A stretch of DNA of 64,000 nucleotides from a virus. Below the pieces are notes generated by a model, which worked only from the letters and a program-made list of their open reading frames with translations, made no database searches and was not told the origin of the DNA. Shown here piece after piece: positions 9,780 to 18,741 of this stretch (its first letter is position 1; each line of letters opens with the position of its first letter). The translations under genes and the position numbers were made by a program. The stretch lies in the IMG/VR virus record IMGVR_UViG_3300028840_003717. One strand, 5' to 3'.

Positions 9780-10335
9780 GTGAAACCCACACGTGGTGAT
9801 GTGTCGCCATAGGTGGCCACGGTGGGGCCGTGTTCCCTACGTTGCCCACACGGTGGGGCCGTGTAGGACAAGGTGGCCACCGTGGCCACAGGACCTCCGG
9901 TGTGTGGAATGTGGCGGCGGAGGTGGTCAACGCGGGGACAGATCAACCACCTTGGAGCCAAACGTGGGACGGTGTGTGGAACGTGGCGGCCGGTGTCCCT
10001 CGAGGTGGGGCCGAGTAGGACGTGTCCCACATGGTGGGATGGTGTGGCCGTTGTGGTGACACGGCCTCCACCTGTGCTCCGCCTGGCCACCTTGGAGCTA
10101 CAGGTGGGAGCCTGGAGGACACGGCCGCCACGTGTGGGACACCATGAACATCCACCTCCGGTGTGGCCAGTTTGGCCACCATTGCATCCAAGGTGGGAGC
10201 CTGGTGGACATGGACGCTACAGGTGGGAGCTGTCCCACCTTGGGGCCGTGGGTGGGACAGGTAGGACCTCCGCCTCCAGGGTGGGAGCTGGGCTCACCGT
10301 GGAGGCGGAGGTAGGACACGGCCTCCAGGTGGAGC
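9780..10335. repeat. GTGG/CCAC-rich low-complexity non-coding tract with short direct repeats
   Basis: GCTACAGGTGGGAGC x2, GGTGTGTGGAAYGTGGCGGC x2, CGGTGGGGCCGTGT x2, CCACCTTGGAGC x2; no credible ORF. Confidence 0.7.
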
Positions 10336-10789
10336 CGGCGGGAGGAGGTCCCCTCCGGCCGGAGGCGGAGCCGGAGGTCCGGCCAGGGACCCCGGCCAGG
10401 GGGAGGGGGCCGTGGCCTTGGAGGCCGGGGCCGTCTCCGGGCCTCCGGCCGGCCGGAGGGGGGCTTGGGGGGTGGCCCCCCAAGGTGCCACAGAAGAACA
10501 TCAAGACCATGACCACGTTCATGTTGTGGTGTCTTCTATATAGACGTTCATAGGTGTTTCGCGTAGGCCGGCCCAGGCCATCATGATCGTTGGCCTTTCG
10601 GCCGAATCCTCCGGGCAACCATGGCGGATGACCGTGTGGAGGACAGGAGGGGGATCTCCGGGCCGTCCGTGGTGATCTCTCACGGACCATCCAAAACCTG
10701 ATTAGATTCACAAAGTTATCGTGACCAGTCCGGAGACCGTCAGAAGTTTTTTCGCGCCCATCCGTTTTTTTCTCCCCACCGTCCGGATT

Positions 10790-10819
10790 TATCGTCTAAG
10801 AATATATCGTCTAAGAATA
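10790..10819 (+). promoter_or_regulatory. Perfect 15-bp tandem repeat TATCGTCTAAGAATA x2 upstream of the early gene block
   Basis: Read directly; AT-rich island preceded by T-tracts; a related TATCCTCTAAG lies at 13495-13505. Confidence 0.6.
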
Positions 10820-10966
10820 GGGGTGATGACGCGCTACCTCCTGACCCTGACCTGGACAGCCCTCCTCCTGGCCACGTGGCCCATGGGAGGGGAGCTGGAC
10901 GAAGCCCCCCAACTTGATGGGGTGGCCCAGGTCCTCATGGTCCGGAGGGAGGAAAGGTAGAGACCC

Positions 10967-11299
10967 ATGGCCAACGCCACCACGATGACCACCCTGATCG
11001 CCTACACAATCGCCAACACCACCCTGTCCGATTGGGACCTTGTGGTGGCTTGCCTGTCCACGTCCGGGGACTTCCGGGACGCCTTCTCCCCCAGGGAGCA
11101 AGGCCGGATCAGGGAGCTGGCGGACGGGTTCGGCAACGTCCGGAGCCTCCCGGCTCACCAGCGGTTTGACCTGGTGTGGGACTGGTCCCACGTCCGGGAC
11201 TCCAGCGATGAGGCCGTCACCAAGATGGCCGGGGTCATCAAGGCCAAGGCGGCCAGGTTCCTCCTCCAGGACACCATCCGCCAGGCGGAGGGGGAGTAG
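10967..11299 (+). CDS. Hypothetical protein
   Basis: 110 aa, AGGTAGAG motif upstream, typical codon usage. Confidence 0.7.
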   Translation: MANATTMTTLIAYTIANTTLSDWDLVVACLSTSGDFRDAFSPREQGRIRELADGFGNVRSLPAHQRFDLVWDWSHVRDSSDEAVTKMAGVIKAKAARFLLQDTIRQAEGE

Positions 11300-11415
11300 T
11301 GGACCGGGGCCTCAACAGCCCCCAGGAGGGCCAGGCCGGGGTCACCGGCTCCGCCCTGACCCTCCTGGGGTCCGTGGAGGGCCTGGACATCAACCAAGGT
11401 AGAGGAGGCTTCGAC

Positions 11416-11604
11416 ATGACCGGACGCATCAACCAAGACACCGTGGCTCACACCCTGGACACCATCCCGGAGGGGACCCTGGTCCTCATCGTCCACCTGT
11501 CCGTGGACGTGGCGATCGTGGAGCTGGACGGAGACACCCTCCAGGTGGAGCCGGAGGCCGTGGACGGCCCCACCCTCCACGTCATCCATGAGGAGGTGGC
11601 GTGA
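11416..11604 (+). CDS. Small hypothetical protein (SH3-like beta strands possible)
   Basis: AGGTAGAGGAGG upstream of ATG 11416; stop overlaps the next start. Confidence 0.55.
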   Translation: MTGRINQDTVAHTLDTIPEGTLVLIVHLSVDVAIVELDGDTLQVEPEAVDGPTLHVIHEEVA

Positions 11605-12023
11605 TGACCAGCTCCATCTACATGGCCAAGGCCCAGCTCATCGTGGAGATCGGCAACATGGAGGCGGCCCTGGACACGGCCAGGAGGTGGGAGCTGGAGG
11701 AGGGACCAGGCCACCACAGGGCCATCCGTGTCCTCCTCCGGACGGTCAAGCTCCAGGTCACCAAGGTCCTCCGGCGGACGGCCCCGGAGGCCATGGAGCG
11801 GGCCAGGCTACGCAACATCCATACCCTGGTGGACTCCAGGCTGGGCCGGTTCCTGTCCGAGGCGGACCGGGAGGTCCTGGCCGGCCAGGTCAACCACGTC
11901 CTGGAGACGGAGGCCAGGAGGGTGGCGATCCTGGAGGCGGCGGCGGACGTCCCCACCATCCGGCCGGAGGGACCGTCCCGTGGCTTCGCCATCCCCCTCC
12001 CCTCGGACGCGGAGGTGGCGTGA
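11604..12023 (+). CDS. Hypothetical protein
   Basis: Coupled TGATG junctions at both ends. Confidence 0.65.
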   Translation: MTSSIYMAKAQLIVEIGNMEAALDTARRWELEEGPGHHRAIRVLLRTVKLQVTKVLRRTAPEAMERARLRNIHTLVDSRLGRFLSEADREVLAGQVNHVLETEARRVAILEAAADVPTIRPEGPSRGFAIPLPSDAEVA

Positions 12024-12313
12024 TGGCGTTCAACGCTCGACACTTCCAGGCCGGTGACGGGTGGTCCTGTGGCCGTCACCGGAGGGTCCAGGGCCGGAAG
12101 TCCACGGACGCCACCACGGACCCCGTGATGGTCAACTGTTTCCTGTGCCACCGGACCAGGGCCTACAAGGCGGCGGCGGCCAAGGTGGCCATGGAGGAGG
12201 AGGCCCGACACACCAGCCTCCGCCAGGCCGGCCTTGACCCGGCCAAGCCTGTGGCGGAGATGACACCGGAGGAGATCTTGGCCTACATGGCCACGGTGGG
12301 GGATGTTGGCTGA
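12023..12313 (+). CDS. Hypothetical zinc-finger protein
   Basis: H..WSCG..VNCFLC pattern; SD GGAGGTGG. Confidence 0.6.
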   Translation: MAFNARHFQAGDGWSCGRHRRVQGRKSTDATTDPVMVNCFLCHRTRAYKAAAAKVAMEEEARHTSLRQAGLDPAKPVAEMTPEEILAYMATVGDVG

Positions 12314-12367
12314 CATGGATGGACACAACGATCGTGACTGAGGCTCCAGGTGATCGGCCGTAGGAAT

Positions 12368-12652
12368 ATGGACGGCCGGGGCCTGGCGGCCTCCAGGAGG
12401 CCCGGGGAGCTGGAGGAGGGACACCGGCCCTTCCCGTCCACTCCGGACCTCCTGGAGACGGCCAGGGCCGCGGACAGCCTGGTCAAGGTGTGTTCGTGGT
12501 GTGGCCGATGGTGGGACGGGTCCTCCTGGGCCTCCTGGGAGCCGGGGCCAGGGGTCCAGTCCCATGGGATGTGTCCGGCCTGTCACCGGACGATGGAGGC
12601 GGAGCTGGAGCCAGCGGAGACCGGGGCGGACGGCCACCGGTCCAGGAGGTAG
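12368..12652 (+). CDS. Hypothetical protein (VCSWC..SHGMCPAC)
   Basis: CxxC..HxxCxxC motif common in small phage proteins. Confidence 0.55.
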   Translation: MDGRGLAASRRPGELEEGHRPFPSTPDLLETARAADSLVKVCSWCGRWWDGSSWASWEPGPGVQSHGMCPACHRTMEAELEPAETGADGHRSRR

Positions 12653-12656
12653 AGAC

Positions 12657-13157
12657 ATGACGGACGAACAGAGCAAGGCGGCGGAGGCGGAGCCACGGAC
12701 TATCCTGGTCCTTGTCCTTGGCCGGTGTGTCCTCCAGGGCGGCAAGCCTGGGGTGGAGCTGGCGGAGGTCACGGAGGAGGAGCTGGAGGCGGCCAGGGAC
12801 GGGGTCAAGCTGGAGCCCAGGGAGTCCATGGTCTACGGCCGGCCCTCCCTCAAAGCGTTCCAGGCCGGGGCCGGGAGCGTCTACAAGGTGGAGTCCCCCA
12901 AGGACGGGACCATCATCCCCAGCTCCGCCACGTTCCGGGGGCTGTGGCCGGATGAGGCCCACCGGGTCCTCCTCCAGGTCAAGGACAGGGCCTCCAGGAC
13001 GGAGCTGGAGCGGCGGAAGGCGGAGGCCAAGGCCAGGAGGCTCACTGGCCTGGAGGGCCTGGAGCCCATCCGGGACGCCTACCGTCAGGCCCGTGGCGTC
13101 CACAAGTCCATCATCCTGGCCCAGGTGGTGGCCTACATCACCGGAGGTGGACGGTGA
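12657..13157 (+). CDS. Hypothetical protein
   Basis: GGAGGTAGAGACATG start context; typical codon usage. Confidence 0.7.
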   Translation: MTDEQSKAAEAEPRTILVLVLGRCVLQGGKPGVELAEVTEEELEAARDGVKLEPRESMVYGRPSLKAFQAGAGSVYKVESPKDGTIIPSSATFRGLWPDEAHRVLLQVKDRASRTELERRKAEAKARRLTGLEGLEPIRDAYRQARGVHKSIILAQVVAYITGGGR

Positions 13158-13562
13158 GGCCCCGGGAGCCACGGCCCTGGTCCCTCATGTTGGACCTGGT
13201 GGCCCCCCTGGCCGGTGTCCTCCTGGGCCTGTCCATCGTGTCCTCCGTCCTGACCATCCTCCGGTCCTGTCACTGAAACCACCGATTATCACAGTGGTTC
13301 AAGGCGAAGTCCCCCACCCGATCGTCCTGAGGGTCCGTGTGGAGGACATCCGGCCGGCCGGGAGTGATCTCCACCACAGGTCACCCTGGCCGTCAGAAAG
13401 GCCAGTGAAGTCAACAGCCTCCGTCCGGAGCGTTCCGGATGGTGACCAAACACGTCCAGCCGGCCGTGTTTTTTTTCTTGTTTTTTTCGGGACCTATCCT
13501 CTAAGGTCAGGGCTGGACCTATTGACAACGTAGATGAGGCCCCACGGGGCCGGGAGGTAGAG

Positions 13563-14738
13563 ATGGCACGGAACACGGACACCAACGGCAAGGCGGCCAC
13601 CAAGGCCAAGGGACGCGGCTCCAGGGCAAAGAAGGCCAAGGCCACCAAGGCCACCAAGGCCCCGGCCCAGCCCTCCACACCGATCCAGGACTTCAAGGCC
13701 ACCGTCTCCGGTGAGGGTGAGGTGGTCAGCTACATCCTGGGCTGGGCCTTGAAGGGAGCCCAAGGGGACTACAACCACCTGGAGGAGCTGGCGGCCAAGG
13801 CCGGCCTGGACAGCTACCTCCCCTCCTGTCCCACCCATGAGGCCAGGCTCCGCCGGACCCTCACCAAGATCAAGTCCGGCCACGGGGTGACCTTCAAGCG
13901 GATGGACAAGGACCCGGACGCCCCCGGCTGGATCACCTACCGGCCGGAGAAGATCAAGGCCAAGGTCATCTCCAAGGCCACGGACGCCAGGTTCCGCCAG
14001 GACCAGGCCATCAAGACCGGCCGGGGTGTGGCCATCAACACGGACACCGGGGAGATGGTCCTGGAGGACACCGGCTCCGATCTCTTGAAGGCCGTGGCCC
14101 AGGTCTACGGGGACCTGGAGGGCCAATTCAACCATGACACCGTTTCCGGGTGGCTCCACCGGGTGATGGAGCGTCACTTCAACGCGGCCCCGTTCCCGGC
14201 CACCGGCGGAGCCCACATCATCCCGGCCGGCCCCAACACGGGGGAGGAGCTGGCGGCCCTCCGCGGGATCGTTGAGTCCATCGGCCGGTCCACCTTCGAC
14301 TATGAGGACTTCCGGAAGGCCACGGCCATGGCCTCCAACGCGGCCCAGGGCCTCCTGGGGGGACAGTGGACCAGCATGGTGGAGGAGCTGGAGGGGTTCC
14401 TGTCCAGCTCCCTGGAGGGTGACTTGACCCACCCAACCGGGTTCACGGCCAAGCTGGCCCAGGCGGAACAGCTCCGGAACAGGATGGCCCTCTACGGGAA
14501 GATCCTGGACACGGACAAGGCCGGGATGGAGAAGGCCCTCCAGGCCATGACGGACGCCACGGCCACCCTCCTGAAGGCCACCACGGAGGCCCGGTCCCTG
14601 AAGAAGGCCAAGGGGAGTGAGCTGGCCTCCAAGCTGGCCAAGGACACGGTGGACCAGGCGGCCAAGGACGCGGAGACCAAGCTCCAGGAGGCCAAGGCCC
14701 TGTGGTCCCCCGTCCACGGCAACGGCAACGGCAACTAA
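13563..14738 (+). CDS. Hypothetical protein with Lys/Ala-rich N-tail and helical C-terminus (possibly DUF6744-like), upstream of AAA-VWA pair
   Basis: 391 aa, strong start context; the DUF assignment is from recall of this gene neighbourhood and is unverified. Confidence 0.6.
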   Translation: MARNTDTNGKAATKAKGRGSRAKKAKATKATKAPAQPSTPIQDFKATVSGEGEVVSYILGWALKGAQGDYNHLEELAAKAGLDSYLPSCPTHEARLRRTLTKIKSGHGVTFKRMDKDPDAPGWITYRPEKIKAKVISKATDARFRQDQAIKTGRGVAINTDTGEMVLEDTGSDLLKAVAQVYGDLEGQFNHDTVSGWLHRVMERHFNAAPFPATGGAHIIPAGPNTGEELAALRGIVESIGRSTFDYEDFRKATAMASNAAQGLLGGQWTSMVEELEGFLSSSLEGDLTHPTGFTAKLAQAEQLRNRMALYGKILDTDKAGMEKALQAMTDATATLLKATTEARSLKKAKGSELASKLAKDTVDQAAKDAETKLQEAKALWSPVHGNGNGN

Positions 14739-14764
14739 GGACACGGAAAGGTAGAGGTAGAGAC

Positions 14765-16762
14765 ATGGCAACCAAGACCAAGACAACCAAGGTGAATGAG
14801 ACCAAGGCCCTGGCCTCCCTGGCGGACCTCCGGAGCCAGCTCCCCCAGGCCGTGATGGAGCGGCGGGACGTGGCGGACGGCCTCCTCATCTCCCTCCTGT
14901 CCGGGACCCACATCCTTCTCCTGGGCCTCCCCGGGACGGCCAAGTCACTCATCATCCGGCTCACCTGCAAGGCCATCACGGGAGCGGAGTGGTTCTCCTG
15001 GCTGTTGACCAAGTTCTCCACCCCGGAGGAGATCTTTGGACCCTACGATCTCCAGGGTCTCAAAGTGGGGAGCTACAAGCGGATCGTGGACGGCAAGCTC
15101 CCCACGGCTCACGTGGCCTTCTTGGATGAGATTGACGGCGCTTCGGCGCGACAGGTCTCCTTCGCCCGGTAACGGACGATGAAACAAGGCGGCTATATGC
15201 TGGAACACCCGAGTATCCGAAGCTACCTGAGCCTTACCAGCTCCGCTGTGGTGACAATGCTTCGGTGCGGACAATCAGCCGGGAAGTCGTGGTTGACCCC
15301 TCAGAGACTACACGCCGCCCCCCTTGCGAAGCATTCGAGCATGGCAGTTGACACAGAGTCCGTGGCCCTGGTGGCGACGGTCTTTTGTCCCACACTCAAC
15401 GCAGCAATCGTAATCCCTGGACCAGTATCCGTTGGCTCGTGTCTTCTTCGAGGCCATCAACTGACCTCGGTGTTGGTTGATGTGACAAGACCGACAGGAC
15501 GGGACGAGTCTTTCAGGATCGTGTCCAGGCTGGAGTCCCATCGCCTCGTTTGTGCGTCCGTCTCCATCAAGGTGGTGGACGATCTCAGCCTTGGCTCCAC
15601 AGAAATGACAGCGACCATCTGTTGTGGACAGGATGTCCTCACGGTCGGTTCCAAAGTGACGGGTTTCTCGTCTTTCCTTGGTTGTATCCTTGAAGGACGG
15701 ATCATCCTTCATGTTGTCGTATCGAGCCTTGGCTTTGGACTTGAGCTTGTCAGCGTTTTTTCTGTAGTAATCACGATTGTAGCTGCGTTGATCGAAAGCC
15801 ATGATACCTCCGTTGCATCATTGAATAACGCTACCACGAACGCAACGGTCTGCAAGGGTGAAGATATAGTCCAGTCCCCATGGCGACATGGGGTGGCCTA
15901 CTGCTTCAAGGCCAACTCCGCCATCCTCAACGCCCTCCTGACCATCCTGGAGGAGCGGCTGTTCCACGATGGGACGGCGGCCCACCGGACCCCCCTCCTG
16001 ACCCTGGTGGGGGCCTCCAATGAGCTACCGGAGGATGAGTCCCTGGCGGCCCTCCATGACCGTTTCCTCCTCCGGTTCTGGACGGACTACCTCCAGGACG
16101 ATGACAACTTCGTGGACCTCCTGGACCCGGCCTTTGACCCCACAACCAAGGTCACGGCCACCATCTCCCTGGAGGAGCTGGCCCACCTCCAGGCCAAGGT
16201 CCGGACCGTCACCGTCAGCCGGGAGATCCGTGAGACCATGCTGGCCATCCGCCGGGACCTGGCGGCGGACGGTGTGGTGGCGTCCGATCGCCGGTGGAAG
16301 GCCGCGATCCGGGGCCTCCAGGCCAAGGCCCTCCTGGAGGGACGTGACCACGTGGTGACCAGTGACCTCCTCCTCCTCATCAACATCCTGTGGGAGACCA
16401 GGGATGAGCTGGCCAAGGTCCGGGACGTGGTGGGCCAGGCGGCGGACCCGATCCTGGCGGACGCCCTGGAGCTGGCCGATGACGCCAAGGCCACCCTGAA
16501 GGACATCCGGGACCAGGCCCCCCAGGACGCCAGCTCCCTGGACGATCGGCTGGCCTTTGTCAAGGTCATCATGGAGGGCTCCGGCTCCCTGAAGGCCACC
16601 ACGGACGCGATCTACTCCCGCCTGGGCCGGAGTGGCATGACCCTGGACACGGCCACCCCGGAGGTCCAGGAGGCCATGGGCTCCGCCCTCCGGACACAGG
16701 AGGAGCTGGAGCGGATGGCCATGGCCTACTCCATGGGCCAGGTCAACGGGGTGGCCCGATGA
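14765..16762 (+). CDS. MoxR/RavA-family AAA+ ATPase split by a group I intron (exon 1 14765-15132, exon 2 15904-16762; 408 aa spliced)
   Basis: Walker A LLGLPGTAKS; the exon join AT|C restores AFLDEI-FKANSAILNALLTILEER, followed by GASNELPE and ALHDRFLLR, all RavA-like. Confidence 0.9.
15133..15903 (+). ncRNA. Group I self-splicing intron (771 nt)
   Basis: 5' exon ends in U and pairs with IGS GUCUC (15155-59) via U.G; P ATATGCTGGAA 15195; Q AATCAGCCGG 15273; R TCAGAGACTACA 15301; S AAGATATAGTCC 15861; P8 CCCTTGC/GCAAGGG; P9 CCCCATG-GCGA-CATGGGG; terminal G 15903. Confidence 0.92.
15308..15802 (-). CDS. Intron-encoded HNH homing endonuclease, antisense to the intron
   Basis: CHFC..VHHLDGD..SCRSCHINQH HNH/zinc core plus C-terminal CVEC..HGLCVNC finger; own SD GGAGGT; lower GC than flanks. 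Confidence 0.85.
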   Translation of the reverse strand: MAFDQRSYNRDYYRKNADKLKSKAKARYDNMKDDPSFKDTTKERRETRHFGTDREDILSTTDGRCHFCGAKAEIVHHLDGDGRTNEAMGLQPGHDPERLVPSCRSCHINQHRGQLMASKKTRANGYWSRDYDCCVECGTKDRRHQGHGLCVNCHARMLRKGGGV

Positions 16763-18321
16763 CCCCCAGGGACGCCAGGGCGGAGCGGGAGACCCGGAGC
16801 CAGGTCCTCCACGGTGAAGACCTGTGCTACCGGACCTCCAGGCTCCAACGTCGCCACTACCAGGCCGTCCGGACCACGGCGGACGGTGTCCGCCAGGCGG
16901 AGGCCCAGGGCCGGGACAAGCTGGGGACCTATCCCACGTTCCTCCGTGAGACGTTCGCGGACCTCTACTCCGGCGGACGGTTGTCCAAGGTGGAGCCCTC
17001 CACCGGTGACCCGGCGGCGGCCACCGTGTCCAAGCTCCACCAGCTCCGGAGCCAGGTCCCGGAGATGGAGCGGCTGGCGGCCCGTTGCCGGGGTGATAAT
17101 TTCAACGCCACCCTGGCCACCACGGCCGTGGCCCAGGGCCTTGTGGACCAGGTCCCGGAACACACCAAGGACGTCCAGAAGGCCCGTCAGTCCCTCCAGG
17201 CCCTCCAGGCCCTCCAGGCGGACGGACAGGACCTCCCCCAGGACCTCATGGACCAGGCCCAGGCGGAGGTCCAGGCGGCGGAGATGGAGGCCACGATGGC
17301 GGCGGAGGGCCTGGACGAAGGCTCCATCCGGGTGGCCCTCCGCCAAGCCGTGGACCAGGCGGCCGATCAGATTGAGGCCATGGATACGGCCCTCCAGGTG
17401 ATGGGATGGGGGACCGGGGCCGGGACCCCCTCCGATGGTGAGGCGGCGGAGACCAAGGCCCAGGTGGCCAAGGCCCTCCAGGACGCCCCCAAGCTCCGTG
17501 ACCTGTTTGAGCTGGCCGGCCGGATGAGGCTGATCGCCAGGCGAGTCCAGGCGGAGAAGGTCCGTCACGGAGCCGGTGAGCTGGCCAACGTGGAGACCGG
17601 GGCGGACGTGGCCAGGATGCTCCCGTCCGAGGCCATGATGATGGTGGACTCGGACCTGGAGGCCCTGTGGCTGAAGTCCTACGCGGAACGCGGCCTCCTC
17701 CAATACCAGCTCCAGGACAAGGACCCGGCCGGCAAGGGTCCCGTGGTGGTCCTGGTGGATGACTCCGGCTCCATGGGTGGCCGGCCGGAGTGTTGGGCCA
17801 AGGCCCTGGCCGTGGCCCTCATGGACCTGGCCCGGGACCAGGGCCGGAGCTTCGCCCTGGGGACGTTCTCCAGCTCCATGGGAGTCAAGATCGTGGAGAC
17901 GGACGCGGACCGGCTGGACATCCCGGCCACCCTCCGAGCCCTCACCCCGTTCATCGGCGGCGGGACCAACTGGTCCGCCCCCTTGGCCTGGGGGCTGGAG
18001 GTCATCGAAGGGGAGCGGGACCTCCGTGAGGCGGACGTCATCCTCATCACGGACGGCCTGGCCAGGCTGTCCCCCCAGGAGGCCCAGGTGGTCCGTGACA
18101 GGGCCAAGGCCCTGGACGCCAACATCCTGGGGATCGTGGTGGAGAACCCCAGGGGGGACTCCCCAGGCCAGGCCGGTGAGCCCTCCGGCCCGATCGCCAA
18201 CGCCCTGGGGGCCTTCTGTGACCAGGTCCACACCCTGGCCGGCCTGGTGTCCGAGGATGGCCAGGACACCAAGGGCCGTCCCCGTGACGGCCAGGTCCTC
18301 CACGCGGCCCTGTCCATCTAG
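16759..18321 (+). CDS. VWA-domain protein (ViaA/CoxE-like partner of the MoxR ATPase)
   Basis: MIDAS VLVDDSGSMG, GGGTNW and VILITDG; ATGA overlap with the ATPase stop. Confidence 0.9.
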   Translation: MTPRDARAERETRSQVLHGEDLCYRTSRLQRRHYQAVRTTADGVRQAEAQGRDKLGTYPTFLRETFADLYSGGRLSKVEPSTGDPAAATVSKLHQLRSQVPEMERLAARCRGDNFNATLATTAVAQGLVDQVPEHTKDVQKARQSLQALQALQADGQDLPQDLMDQAQAEVQAAEMEATMAAEGLDEGSIRVALRQAVDQAADQIEAMDTALQVMGWGTGAGTPSDGEAAETKAQVAKALQDAPKLRDLFELAGRMRLIARRVQAEKVRHGAGELANVETGADVARMLPSEAMMMVDSDLEALWLKSYAERGLLQYQLQDKDPAGKGPVVVLVDDSGSMGGRPECWAKALAVALMDLARDQGRSFALGTFSSSMGVKIVETDADRLDIPATLRALTPFIGGGTNWSAPLAWGLEVIEGERDLREADVILITDGLARLSPQEAQVVRDRAKALDANILGIVVENPRGDSPGQAGEPSGPIANALGAFCDQVHTLAGLVSEDGQDTKGRPRDGQVLHAALSI

Positions 18322-18403
18322 CCTCCTCCTCCTGATACCTCCCGATATTGCCAAGAAAACCCGGACCGGGACCGGATCTGTCCGGACGGTGTGGTTGAAT
18401 CTC

Positions 18404-18434
18404 TTGACACGGCCAGGGTGGCCCGTGCTAGTGT
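18404..18434 (+). promoter_or_regulatory. Putative sigma70-type promoter (TTGACA, 19 bp, TGn-TAGTGT)
   Basis: Consensus -35 and an extended -10 upstream of the HTH gene; spacer is long. Confidence 0.45.
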
Positions 18435-18455
18435 CCATGGAGGAGGTGGAAACGT

Positions 18456-18710
18456 ATGGATGCCATTGAGATCATACGGCAAAACGTCAAGATTAGGGCG
18501 GCCTACTTGGACCGGAGCATGGCGGACTTGTGCCAGGCTGGCCAGGTTGACGCCAAGGCTGTGTCCGGGTGGCTCCGCCACGGCAACCCCAACCTGTCCA
18601 ACCTGGCCACGATCGCCACGGTCCTCCGTGTCCCGGTCCACGCCCTGTTGGACCCTAGCTTTGACCCCAAGGACCACCCCGTCCTGGAGGAGGACCACCT
18701 TGGGTTCTAG
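18456..18710 (+). CDS. XRE-family helix-turn-helix regulator
   Basis: SMADLCQAGQVDAKAVSGWLRHGNPNLSNLATIATVLRVPVHALL. Confidence 0.85.
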   Translation: MDAIEIIRQNVKIRAAYLDRSMADLCQAGQVDAKAVSGWLRHGNPNLSNLATIATVLRVPVHALLDPSFDPKDHPVLEEDHLGF

Positions 18711-18741
18711 GACCTGACCAGGTGGAGGAAAGGTAGAGACG

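Noticed and set aside
9780-10335. CRISPR array or mini-array in tracts A and B
   Set aside because: The repeats are short, permuted and irregularly spaced, with no constant repeat-spacer period and no cas operon.
9263-10960. ORFs called within non-coding region A
   Set aside because: They are Pro/Gly/Trp/Arg-rich translations of repeat DNA without the genome's codon signature; a short real peptide near 10826-10960 cannot be excluded.
13522-13527. TTGACA as a sigma70 promoter
   Set aside because: No plausible -10 element at 16-18 bp spacing.
15179-15903. Long N-terminal extension or intein in the ORF 15179..16762
   Set aside because: No intein termini, and an in-frame stop (15170-72) separates it from exon 1. 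The sequence is group I intron core plus the antisense shadow of the HNH gene.
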